This document shows positions 40,785 through 50,600 of a DNA stretch of 64,000 nt, piece after piece (position 1 is the stretch's first letter; every line of letters begins with the position of its first letter). The translations under genes and the position numbers were made by a program. The notes under the pieces were generated by a model, which saw nothing but the letters and a program-made list of their open reading frames with translations, searched no databases and was not told the DNA's origin. The stretch covers positions 166,153 to 230,152 of the forward strand of contig CAYTAT010000001.1 of the NCBI GenBank assembly GCA_964435795.1. The letters are read 5' to 3'. This DNA comes from an uncultured Spirochaetaceae bacterium. GTDB lineage: Bacteria > Myxococcota_A > UBA9160 > UBA4427.

Positions 40785-41405
40785 GTGATTGTCGGAGCCA
40801 CGCTCCTGGGGGTTGCAGGCCTGATCCTCTGGCGCTTTCTGCTCGGTTATCCGAAAACCGACCATCGCATGCTCCGAGGTGGCGAGGCGGCTTTCTTGCA
40901 GGCCGCTGCCGAAAGCTTCTTTCCGCCCGATGAAGGCATGCCGATCTCGGGCGCAGAGGCCGATCTGCCCGGCTACGCGGATGAATACCTTCTCGCCCTG
41001 CCGTCGAGACAACGCGGACTCCTGCGCGCACTCTTCCTGCTCTTCGAGCATGCGACCCTGCTGTGGCCGGCACCCGGCGCCCGGGGATTTCGACGCTTTA
41101 GCGGGCTCTCCGAGCGACAACGGCTGGCGGTTCTCCGCGGCTGGCAGACGAGTCGCTTCGGACTTCGACGCATGTGCTTCAGTGCCCTGAAGGCGGTCTT
41201 GATCCTCGGCTACGTCGGCCATCCGAGATGTCTCGAGGCTCTCGACTTATCTCCCTGGGAAATCGAATCGCCGATTCGCGAAGCCGACCTCCTCTATGCG
41301 CCGATTGGCAAGGGCCCCGACGAGATTCCCTATCGCCCTTCTGATCTCAGCGAGCCGGGCCCCGCGCCGCCGCTGCGGATGAATCCCGGGGAGGAAGCGG
41401 GATGA
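40785..41405 (+). CDS. Small membrane-anchored subunit resembling gluconate 2-dehydrogenase subunit 3, partner of the GMC oxidoreductase
   Basis: An N-terminal TM helix followed by LQAAAESFFPPDEGMPISGAEADLPGYADEYL, as in that family. Its stop overlaps the next ATG (ATGA at 41402-41405). Confidence 0.5.
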   Translation: MIVGATLLGVAGLILWRFLLGYPKTDHRMLRGGEAAFLQAAAESFFPPDEGMPISGAEADLPGYADEYLLALPSRQRGLLRALFLLFEHATLLWPAPGARGFRRFSGLSERQRLAVLRGWQTSRFGLRRMCFSALKAVLILGYVGHPRCLEALDLSPWEIESPIREADLLYAPIGKGPDEIPYRPSDLSEPGPAPPLRMNPGEEAG

Positions 41406-42937
41406 GGGAGAATGAAGCCGGGGAGGTCCGGGTTTTCGCCGAGTACGGACGTGATTTCGTCGAGGAAACGGATGTGGTGGTCGTGGGATCGGGTCCCTCG
41501 GGTTCGGTGGTCAGCTACGAACTCGCTCGGGCCGGATACCGAGTCGTGCTTCTGGAGGAGGGGCCGCCTTTTACGCCGAAAGATTTTCGATCCGATGGCA
41601 ATCTCTCCATGGCACGGACCATGCGAGAGGCTGGCCTGCGGAGCCCGACGGGGACGTTCATGCCGATCCTCCAGGCGATCTGCCTGGGAGGGGGATCGCT
41701 GATCAATTCCGCGATGTGCGTTCGACCGCCGCCCTTCGTTTTCGATGAGTGGTCCACGCGCTTCGATCTGGAAAGGACGAGCCGCGCGGAACTCGAGCCC
41801 CATTTCGATGCGGTGGCGGAGTTCCTGGGTATCGCTGCTACCCCGGAGCCGGTCCAGGGAGAGCGCAACCTGCTCTTTCGCAGGGGTTGCGACGAACTCG
41901 GAATCGGCAGCGAATCCGTCGCTCGCAACGTCCGGGGTTGCCGGGGTTCGGGCGAATGCCTGACGGGATGTCGGGCTCGTGCCAAGCAGAGCATGGATAT
42001 CAGCTATATCCCCGAGGCCATGAAATTGGGTGCCCGGGTGCTGACTTCCGTTCAGGCACAGCGGATCATCGGGGAGGGCAGCCGAGTTCGGGGAGTCGAG
42101 GGCAGGGTGGTGGAACCCTTCAGCGGCCGACCCTCGCATCGCTTTACGGTCCACGCGCGCTACGTGGTATTGGCCGCGGGCTGCATGGGCACTCCCACTC
42201 TTCTTCAAAGAAGCGGCGATCTGGCGAATGCCTCGGGAGAAGTGGGACGGAATCTGCAATTCCATCCGGGGGCTGCGGTGGCGGGCGTCTTCGATCATGT
42301 GATCGATCCCCTTTTCGGGGGAACGCAGAGTTACCAATCCCTCGATTTTCTCAAAGAGGGATTCAAGTTGGAGACCATGTGGTCAGCGCCCGCCGCCCTG
42401 GCGGTGCGTACGGCGGGCCTGGGAGGGGAATTGGTGCAACGCTTCTCCGAACTTCCGAGGACGGCCATCTGGGATGCGATCGCGAGCACCCATCGCTCCC
42501 TCGGCAGTGTCAAGGCTCGTTTCCGCGCTATGAATCCGGCGATTCGCTGGACTCTTCATCCCGAGGATGCCAAGGTCATGCTTCGTTCGGTTTACGTGCT
42601 TTCCCAGATCTTTTTTGCGGCTGGGGCTGAGAAGGTCATGCCGGGCATTCACGGCCTGCCGGATGAATTTTCTTCCATGCGGGAAGCCGAGGTGCTGAGG
42701 GAGCACCCGATTCGACCCAGCGATTTCGTCACCGCCAGTTCTCACGTCTTCTGCACCACTCGCATGCATGGGGATCCGGCACGGGGAGTCGTGGATGAGT
42801 TCGGCCGTTGCCATGGCTACGACAACCTCTTCATCGCGGATACCGGGATCTTCCCGCGCTGTACTTCGGTCAATCCGATGTTTACCGTGATGGCTCTCGC
42901 GCATCGCCAGGCCCAGGCGCTGATCGATCGCATCTGA
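41402..42937 (+). CDS. GMC-family FAD-dependent oxidoreductase
   Basis: DVVVVGSGPSGSVVSYELARAGYRVVLLEEG is the FAD fingerprint. The C-terminal GMC region includes HVFCTTRMG-like and NLFIADTGIFP segments. Confidence 0.9.
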   Translation: MRENEAGEVRVFAEYGRDFVEETDVVVVGSGPSGSVVSYELARAGYRVVLLEEGPPFTPKDFRSDGNLSMARTMREAGLRSPTGTFMPILQAICLGGGSLINSAMCVRPPPFVFDEWSTRFDLERTSRAELEPHFDAVAEFLGIAATPEPVQGERNLLFRRGCDELGIGSESVARNVRGCRGSGECLTGCRARAKQSMDISYIPEAMKLGARVLTSVQAQRIIGEGSRVRGVEGRVVEPFSGRPSHRFTVHARYVVLAAGCMGTPTLLQRSGDLANASGEVGRNLQFHPGAAVAGVFDHVIDPLFGGTQSYQSLDFLKEGFKLETMWSAPAALAVRTAGLGGELVQRFSELPRTAIWDAIASTHRSLGSVKARFRAMNPAIRWTLHPEDAKVMLRSVYVLSQIFFAAGAEKVMPGIHGLPDEFSSMREAEVLREHPIRPSDFVTASSHVFCTTRMHGDPARGVVDEFGRCHGYDNLFIADTGIFPRCTSVNPMFTVMALAHRQAQALIDRI

Positions 42938-43474
42938 AATTCCCCCCGGGCCGAGTCCGGCTCCATTCGAGTTCAACTCGACTCTCGGAATTGCGACCCG
43001 CCCGCGCGAGGTCTGCATGCGAGGAAGTCGCCGAGAAAAACAAAGAGTGGGGGAAGACTCGAAAGAGTCGAAGAAGAAATGCCCCGGGCATTCGACGCGG
43101 GAAATCCTGCGAGCGATCTTCACGTCCGTGGGCGAAAAGATGCTCGGAAGATCGAAGGGATCGGCACTTGTCGGCTCGTGAAGCTGAAGCGTGCGAGTCG
43201 ATCATTCCGTGAGGACGGAGCATGGGAACCCCGAGATCGCCGGGAAACTTCTCAAGCGCGAGAAATCGCGGCCCTCGATGGATTGGGATATTCTCGGATA
43301 CCGGGGCCCCTGGGGGCCCCGGGCTGGATTCATGGATGGGCTCCACGAGGATCTGAAGCCTTGCCCCCGCCATTCGGGACGGGCCGGGAGTCCTCCAGCG
43401 CGAAAACCCTATATACTGGTCGTGGATCGCCGATTAGAAAGCCTATGAACCGCCACTGATCGAGAGGGAATCCG

Positions 43475-43831
43475 ATGCGATTGTTCAGTCTCCTGCTCGC
43501 CGCGGCGCTGGCATTGACGGCGACCGAGGTCGTTTCCCGCGACCTTTCGGAATTGACTCCGCGCCAGCGGTGCAACCGCCTCAGCCGGCAGATCGAACAC
43601 TTCGAGGGAAGGATCCTCGAATTGGCCCGGGAGCGCGGCGATTCGCTCTGGCAGGCTTCGACCGAGAAGCATATCGCGCGACTGAAGGATCGGCGCGCGG
43701 ATCGATGCCCCGAGGAGGCCGAGCAGAGCAGGATCCTGGCCGAGGCGCGGGCCCGGAGTGAGCGTTTCATGGACTTCATGCGCAAGGCAACTCGCGGAGC
43801 GGCGAGGTATTTCTCGGGAGGCCTCTTTTGA
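43475..43831 (+). CDS. Small secreted helical protein, unknown function
   Basis: Signal peptide MRLFSLLLAAALALTATE followed by a charged, coiled-coil-like sequence with two Cys. GAGAGGGA SD upstream. Confidence 0.5.
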   Translation: MRLFSLLLAAALALTATEVVSRDLSELTPRQRCNRLSRQIEHFEGRILELARERGDSLWQASTEKHIARLKDRRADRCPEEAEQSRILAEARARSERFMDFMRKATRGAARYFSGGLF

Positions 43832-43898
43832 GGGTCCCGTCTCGTCGCGGGAAGCCCACCTCGATTCCCCCTGGTCGAAAAGGGGAGGGGCGAGAGCT

Positions 43899-44801
43899 TT
43901 GAGACGGCCATTCCAAGTCTTCGCTGAAAATGATCGCGCTGAACTGCCGAATGGCAGTGAGCGGATCGCGAGGGGGAGAAGGCGACGGGTTGTAAGAAGG
44001 ATCCTGGCCATTCTCTTCGTCTCATTTTTCGCCGATCCCCTGCACGCTTTCGACGATGGAGCCGATGGTCATTTCGAGAAGAGAGAATCCTCTCATTTCG
44101 TACTCTTCCAGGATGTCGACATCGATCAGACCTCGGGGCTGCGAGGTTCCCGCCGCTTCGAGCAGCGGGTTCTCGAAGTGCTCGAGTCCGCGTATCGAGA
44201 CGCCGATGAGCAACTGGGATTGCGCCCGGAGCGCCAGACAACGGTCATTCTCTACGATCCCAGGGTTTTCGAGAGTCGCTTTCAGGGTCTTTTCAGATTT
44301 CCTGCGGCCGGTTTCTATCAAGGCCAGATTCACATCCGCGGGGATGAAGTCGTCTCCCCGCGGCTGGTTCGTGTGCTCCGCCACGAATTCATCCACGCGG
44401 CCTTCGACGCCGAGGCGCCGTCTGTGCAACTCCCGGGCTGGCTGAATGAGGGCGTGGCGGAATTCTTCGAAATTCCCACGACGGCTGCCTCGAGGCTATC
44501 CAGTCGCGAATGGCAACGGCTTCGGCAAGCGCAGGGACGGGGACGACTCTTCTCCCTGGAAGGCTTGTCCGGCCCCTCCTTTGCCTCTCTGGAGGGCTCC
44601 GACGCCCGCCTCGCCTACCTGCAATCCAGCGCCTTCATCGAGTATCTCTATCGCTCCCAGGGAGAGCGTCGCGTGAGGGGATGGCTCGCCGACCTGCTTC
44701 GCAAGGGAAATCTCGATCGCGCGACCCGGCGCAATTTCAGACTCGACCTGTCGGAACTCCAGGAACAATTCCGGATGCAATTGGCGGGGACTTCCGGTTG
44801 A
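43899..44801 (+). CDS. Membrane-anchored gluzincin (peptidase MA-like, HExxH...NEG)
   Basis: TM helix ILAILFVSFFADPL, then HEFIH followed by WLNEGVAEFFE. The start is proposed at TTG 43899, 8 nt after AAAAGGGGAGGGG. The ORF is open from 43758 but would then overlap the upstream gene. Confidence 0.65.
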   Translation: MRRPFQVFAENDRAELPNGSERIARGRRRRVVRRILAILFVSFFADPLHAFDDGADGHFEKRESSHFVLFQDVDIDQTSGLRGSRRFEQRVLEVLESAYRDADEQLGLRPERQTTVILYDPRVFESRFQGLFRFPAAGFYQGQIHIRGDEVVSPRLVRVLRHEFIHAAFDAEAPSVQLPGWLNEGVAEFFEIPTTAASRLSSREWQRLRQAQGRGRLFSLEGLSGPSFASLEGSDARLAYLQSSAFIEYLYRSQGERRVRGWLADLLRKGNLDRATRRNFRLDLSELQEQFRMQLAGTSG

Positions 44802-44849
44802 GGGCCGGCGATTTGCCTGTGGCTCCGATACCGGGCTAGCCTGCGGGCC

Positions 44850-45902
44850 GTGATTTCAATCCGAGTCTCCATTCGGCTCCTCCTGCGAGGATTGCTCGGC
44901 CTGGCACTGCTGGGTTCGAGTGCGAATGCCCTATGGGCTGGCGAGGGTTCCGAAGCCGCGGAAGGGGCGGAAGGGGCGCCGGCCCTGCATCGCGCCCTGA
45001 ACCGCGCCAGCGATTTCGCCCCCGCCGGCGTATTGCTCGATCATACCCACGAAAAGGGTGATTGGACTTTCCTCTACCGCTACCAGAGGTCCGAGAAGGA
45101 GAACCTTCAACGGGGAACCCAATCCCTCTCGCTGGCGGCCGTACAGGCGATCTACAATACGGTGCCCCTCTCGCAGTCTCGAGATACCCATACTTTTGGA
45201 GTCATGTACGCTCCCCGGGATCGGTTCACCGTTGCGTTGATGCTGCCCTATATCGATCAGAGTCTCGATCAACTTCGAGGCGGTGTGCTCCAGACGGATA
45301 CGTCCGCCGGAATTGGAGACGCGACATTCCTGCTACTTCTTCCCTTCATTCAACGCGGTGAGGAGAAGACCCAATTCAATATTTCGATCAATTTCCCCAC
45401 TGGAGATATTCGCGCCGACGATCAAAATGGGAATAGGCTCCCCTACGCGATGCAGTTGGGAACGGGTTCCTGGGCCGTCGAGTGGGGAATCACCTATACG
45501 GGGAAGTATCGACGCCTCTCCTGGGGGGCACAGATCGGGGGTGAATACGCGATCAGCGAGAACGCCCTCGACTACGAGGTTTACGATTCCTACCGATCTT
45601 CGGGTTGGTTGACGGGGGAAGTCAACGATTGGATCTCGCTCTCCGCGCGCCTGGCCTGGGTCAACCAGGCCAATGTCGAGGGCGCTGACCCCGCCCTTGA
45701 TCCCGCGGAGAATCCCATGAACGTACCCTCCTTCCAGGGTGGGAATCTCCTCGGAATCGGGGCCGGAGTGAATGTTCTATTGCCCTTCGCGGGCGGACAA
45801 CGGCTCTCTTTCGAAGCCGTCTTTCCCGTTTATCAGAATCTCGACGGAATTCAGTTGACCTCCGATATCCACTTCATCGCGGGCTGGCAGTGGCTCTTCT
45901 GA
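44850..45902 (+). CDS. Outer-membrane beta-barrel protein (MetA-pathway/'transporter' type porin-like)
   Basis: Signal peptide ending ANA-LW, an alternating amphipathic beta-strand pattern, and a C-terminal aromatic residue (GWQWLF). Confidence 0.65.
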   Translation: MISIRVSIRLLLRGLLGLALLGSSANALWAGEGSEAAEGAEGAPALHRALNRASDFAPAGVLLDHTHEKGDWTFLYRYQRSEKENLQRGTQSLSLAAVQAIYNTVPLSQSRDTHTFGVMYAPRDRFTVALMLPYIDQSLDQLRGGVLQTDTSAGIGDATFLLLLPFIQRGEEKTQFNISINFPTGDIRADDQNGNRLPYAMQLGTGSWAVEWGITYTGKYRRLSWGAQIGGEYAISENALDYEVYDSYRSSGWLTGEVNDWISLSARLAWVNQANVEGADPALDPAENPMNVPSFQGGNLLGIGAGVNVLLPFAGGQRLSFEAVFPVYQNLDGIQLTSDIHFIAGWQWLF

Positions 45903-46771
45903 CGGGAAGGTGGGCTGGGGTCAGAACTCGATTCGGCATATCTTCCGTGGGCCCGGCATTGTCGTGGCTCATCCTCGTGGCCGCCTGTTCCGAGCCCGTG
46001 GCCTTCCGCGGCCTCGTGGAGGAGAGGGCGCCCGAGCGGGGAGAGGTTCTGATCTCCCACGAGGGAATTCCCGATCGCGTGCCCGCCGAGACAGCCTGGT
46101 TTGTCGTCTCCGACGCGAGCCTGCTCGCCGAGATGAGCCCCGGCCGCCTGGGGATCTTCGGGCTCTCCTCCGGACGCGGCAGACCCGAAATCGAATCCTT
46201 CGAATTCCTACGCTGGGCCCGGGAGGAAGAGGGCTGGGTCGACGTGGGTGGCGAGCGGATTCGCGCTCGCCGGGCACCGCCCTTTGCCCTGGAGGATGAG
46301 CGGGGTCGCATCGCTCGGCTGGCGGATTGGCAGGGCCGGATCGTGCTACTCGATTTCATCTACACCCGCTGCCCGGGCCCATGTCCGGCCCAGACTCGGG
46401 ATCACGTCCATCTCCAGCGAGAACTTTCCGAACAGGCGCGTGGCGTAACCCAATTTCTTTCCATCACCCTGGAGCCGGAATTCGACGACGGCAGCACCCT
46501 GCGGGCCTATGGGGAAGCGCTGGGCGTGGACTTCGGAAACTGGTCCCTGCTCACGGGCGATCCGCAGGTCGTACACGATGTGATTCGCCGTTGGGGGATC
46601 GGAAGCACCCGTGAGGGGGAGGAAGAAATTCTCCACACCCTCTACACATTTCTGATCGACGACCGCGGATATATCGTCGGCCGCTACAATAGTGAAGATC
46701 GCCCCCTCTCCAGGATTCGCGAAGATCTCGAGCGCTTCAGCCGACTGGCCCGTGGTCGGCAGGGGGCGTGA
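45890..46771 (+). CDS. Sco1/SenC-family thiol-disulfide/copper chaperone lipoprotein with an extra N-terminal (CusF-like?) domain
   Basis: Lipobox LVAAC. Thioredoxin fold with LLDFIYTRCPGPCP (CxxxC) and a downstream His. The N-terminal roughly 90 aa (GEVLISHEGIPDRVPAETAWFVVSD) resemble CusF-type small barrels. Confidence 0.8.
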   Translation: MALLTGRWAGVRTRFGISSVGPALSWLILVAACSEPVAFRGLVEERAPERGEVLISHEGIPDRVPAETAWFVVSDASLLAEMSPGRLGIFGLSSGRGRPEIESFEFLRWAREEEGWVDVGGERIRARRAPPFALEDERGRIARLADWQGRIVLLDFIYTRCPGPCPAQTRDHVHLQRELSEQARGVTQFLSITLEPEFDDGSTLRAYGEALGVDFGNWSLLTGDPQVVHDVIRRWGIGSTREGEEEILHTLYTFLIDDRGYIVGRYNSEDRPLSRIREDLERFSRLARGRQGA

Positions 46772-46786
46772 TGGCGGGAAGGGCCG

Positions 46787-47551
46787 CTAAAAGGAGGAAC
46801 TGCGCCCCCCTCCCGCGCGCTGATCGCTGAGGCATTCCAGATGCTCCACGCGATTGAAGGCTTCGAGGGACCAGACGTATCGGCTCCCGATGCGAACCGT
46901 ATGCAGCCGGGTGATCCCGGCCCAACTCCCTGAAAAACGCAGATGTGTCCAGGGGACGGGTTCGACTCCAATCAGATGGGAAATGAGTACCGAGTTGGTG
47001 CCCTCATGGGCGAATATCAGCAGTCGCTCTCTCTCCGGGGGCAGGCGCCAGAGACGACTTCCCGTATCCTCGTGAATCTCCACCGAGTGATGGTCGGAGA
47101 GCAGGGTCTCGATTCCTCCACTCACGCGTTCGTAGAAGTGACGGAAGCTCTCGCCGCCCGGGAGCCCATTCCACCACTCCGGGAGTTCCCGGGCATTCGC
47201 ATCGCGGAAATAGCGCTGGACCTGTTGGCTGCTCTGGCCCTCCATCGAAGGCAACCCCATTTCGCGCAGCCAGTTGCACTCTTCTCCCTTGCGGCCAAGG
47301 GCCTCGAGGGTGGGGGCCGCCGTCTCCACCACCCGCTGCATGGGGCTCAGGTAGATGGCGTCAAAATCATCGCCCTTCAGGGCCTGGGCTACGCATTCCG
47401 CCTGGCGCCTTCCGAGCGTCGTCAGCCCGGGCTCATCCACGGCAAGACCGCCCGGCTCCCAATCGGGTTGGGCGTGTCTTACGAGTACGATCTCCACGGG
47501 GACTCTCCAGGGGATGCGGGAATTGGATTTCGCTTTATCTTCGCTCAGCAC
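46787..47551 (-). CDS. Histidine phosphatase (phosphoglycerate mutase-like) family protein
   Basis: IVLVRHAQP (RHG-type motif) and a downstream FAHEGTN. Confidence 0.8.
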   Translation of the reverse strand: MLSEDKAKSNSRIPWRVPVEIVLVRHAQPDWEPGGLAVDEPGLTTLGRRQAECVAQALKGDDFDAIYLSPMQRVVETAAPTLEALGRKGEECNWLREMGLPSMEGQSSQQVQRYFRDANARELPEWWNGLPGGESFRHFYERVSGGIETLLSDHHSVEIHEDTGSRLWRLPPERERLLIFAHEGTNSVLISHLIGVEPVPWTHLRFSGSWAGITRLHTVRIGSRYVWSLEAFNRVEHLECLSDQRAGGGRSSSF

Positions 47552-47601
47552 TTCTTCCCCTGCTACCCTGACGCTCCGCCGATTCCGAAGAGACGAACCT
47601 C

Positions 47602-50600
47602 ATGGATGCGAAGCCCACTTCGATGGCCGAGCCGAAACTCGAGCCGAGTGAAGGCCTGGAAGGCTTTCATCCCGCGATCCAGCGCTGGTTCGAAAGCCGT
47701 TTTCCGGAGGGTCCGTCCCTTCCCCAACTCCACGGCTGGCCCAGAATTGCCGAGGAAAGCGATACCCTGATTGCGGCGCCCACGGGTTCCGGTAAAACCC
47801 TGGCGGCTTTTCTCGTATGCATTGATCGTTTCTACGCGGCGGCGATGGAGGATGCAGGGAATCGAGTTGAAGCGGGCTTGCCTCTCTTCTCGGGGGATGC
47901 CGCTTCTCCGAGGAATCCGCTGCCGGGCCCCCCGGAACGCGGAGTGGAAGTCGTCTACGTCTCCCCCCTCAAGGCGTTGGCCGCGGACATCGAGCACAAC
48001 CTGCGGCAGCCCCTGCTGGAAATCGCCGAGCGGGCACGTGCCGGGGGGTATCCGATCCCGGATCTGCGGATTTCCGTGCGCAGTGGCGATACCCCCGCCT
48101 CGGCCCGAGCGGCCATGCTGAAGCGTCCGCCTCAGATCCTGGTCACGACACCGGAGTCACTCTTCCTTCTGATCACGGCCGAACGCAGTCGCAAGATGCT
48201 TCGCGGCGTGCGCACGTTGATCCTCGATGAAATTCATGCCGTGGCTCGGGATAAACGGGGATCCCATCTGGCGCTGAGTCTCGAGCGCCTCGATCGGCTC
48301 TGTATGCGCCGGCCCGTTCGTATCGGCCTGTCGGCGACCCAGCGCCCCATCGAGGGGCTGGCGCGTCTTCTGGTGGGAGCCGGTGAGGGCCGAAGCGCCG
48401 AGGATGGATCCCCGCTCTGCAAAATCGTCGACGTCGGTCATCGACGCAGCCTGGATCTGGCGATCGAGTCGCCGAGCCAGGATTTCGAGGCCGTCGCTTC
48501 GGCGGAACAGATGAAGGATGTACTGAAGCGGATCTCCGAGCATGTGCAGAAACATCGCACGACGCTGATCTTCGTGAACACCCGGCGCATGGCGGAGCGG
48601 GTCGCCCATGAACTGGCCGAGTGGCTGGGGGACGGCGAAGTCGCCGCGCATCACGGCAGCCTTTCTCGTGAGCGCCGCCAGCGCGTCGAGGGCCTGTTGC
48701 GGGCCGGTGAGTTGCGAGCCCTGGTGGCCACCGCTTCCCTGGAACTTGGCATCGACGTCGGGCCCGTCGAATTGGTCTGCCAGATCGGTTCTCCGCGCAG
48801 CCTTTCCACCTTCCTGCAGCGCGTCGGCCGCTCCGGCCATTCCCGCTCGGGAATTCCGAAAGGGCGCCTCTATCCGACGACCCGAGATGAATTGATCGAG
48901 TGCGTGGGGTTGTTGCGGGGCGTACGGGCCGGGCGCCTCGATACGATCCATCCCCCGCTGGCTCCCCTGGACATCCTCGCGCAGCAGATCGTCGCGGCCT
49001 GTGCGGTGGAGGAATGGGGTGAGGATCAGCTCTACGAGTTGATGCGCGGCGCGGCACCCTTCTCGGAACTGGCCCGGGGGGATTTCGATGCTGTCGTCGA
49101 AATGCTCGCCGAGGGAATACGGACGGGCCGCGGGCGCCGGGCCGCCTATCTGCATCGGGATGGGATCAATCGCGTTCTGCGGGGTCGGCGGGGAGCACGC
49201 CTGGCGGCGTTGACTTCGGGGGGAGCGATTCCCGAGGTCGCCGACTACCGGGTGCTGGCGGCGCCGGATGATGCCGTGGTGGGAAGCGTTTCCGAGGATT
49301 TTGCGATCGAGAGCATGCGGGGAGACATTTTCCTGCTCGGCAGCATGTCCTGGCAGATCCTGGGCGTGGAATCCGGGGCGGTACGGGTGGTTGATGCGGG
49401 GGGTGCTCCGCCGACGATTCCCTTCTGGCAGGGCGAGGCCCCCGCCCGCAGCGAGGAACTCTCCGACGAGGTTTCGAATCTGCGCACGGAGATCACCGAA
49501 CTGCTGGGGGATCGGGGCGGGCCGGGGGCCGTCCGCTGGTTGATGGAATCCGAGCAGCTCTCGGCTTCGGTGGCCGAGCAGGTGGTGAACTATCTCGCCG
49601 TTTCGCTGACGGCCCTGGGGGCTCTGCCGACACTGGATCGCATCGTTTTCGAGCGTTTCTTCGACGAGGCCGAGGGAATGCAACTCGTGGTTCACTCCCC
49701 TCTCGGTGCTCGCATCAATCGAGCCCTATGCCTCTCCCTGCGCAAGAAATTCTGTCGCAATTTCAATTTCGAGCTCCAGGCGGCCGCAAATGACGATGCG
49801 TTGGTGCTATCCCTCGGCCCCCACCACAGCTTCCCCCTGGATTCGGTACCGCGCTTTCTCAACTCATCGACGCTCGAGGATACGCTCTCCCAGGCGGTTC
49901 TCGCTGCGCCGATGTTCACGACCCGCTGGCGCTGGAATCTGAACCGATCCCTGGCGGTTCTGCGCTTCAGGAACGGGCGACGCAATCCTCCAGCGATTCA
50001 GCGCATGGAATCCGACGATCTGCTGGCCGCCATATTTCCCAATCAGGCGGCCTGCCAGGAGAATGTCAGCTATCCGATCGAGATTCCCGATCACCCCCTG
50101 GTGGCCCAGACCCTATACGACTGTCTCAATGAGGGAATGGATCTGCCGGGCCTCGAGAAGTTGGTGGCGGGCTTCGAATCGGGAAGGGTCGAGACCCATT
50201 TCGTGGATTCGAGCGAAGCCTCGCCCCTGGCCCACGAGATCCTGAACGGGCGCCCCTTTACTTTTCTCGACGACGCCCCCTTGGAGGAGCGGCGCACGCG
50301 GGCCGTGGCATTGCCCCGGGGACTGCCCGTGGAAGCTCGGGAACTTGCGGAACTCGATCCGGAAGCCATCGAGAGGGTGCGCGGGGAATTGGCTCCCAAC
50401 CCCTCCAATGCCGATGAATTGCACGATCTATTGCTCTCCCTGCTGCTCTGCCGCCCGCAACCGGCTCTGCGGGGATTCTTTTCGGAATTGCGGGTCGCGG
50501 GTCGAGCCGCGCAACTCGACCTGGCCGGGTCGTCCTTCTGGTTTGCGAGCGAACGCCTGCAGGCGGTCGAAGTGATTCATCCCGAGGCCGAAATCCTCTC

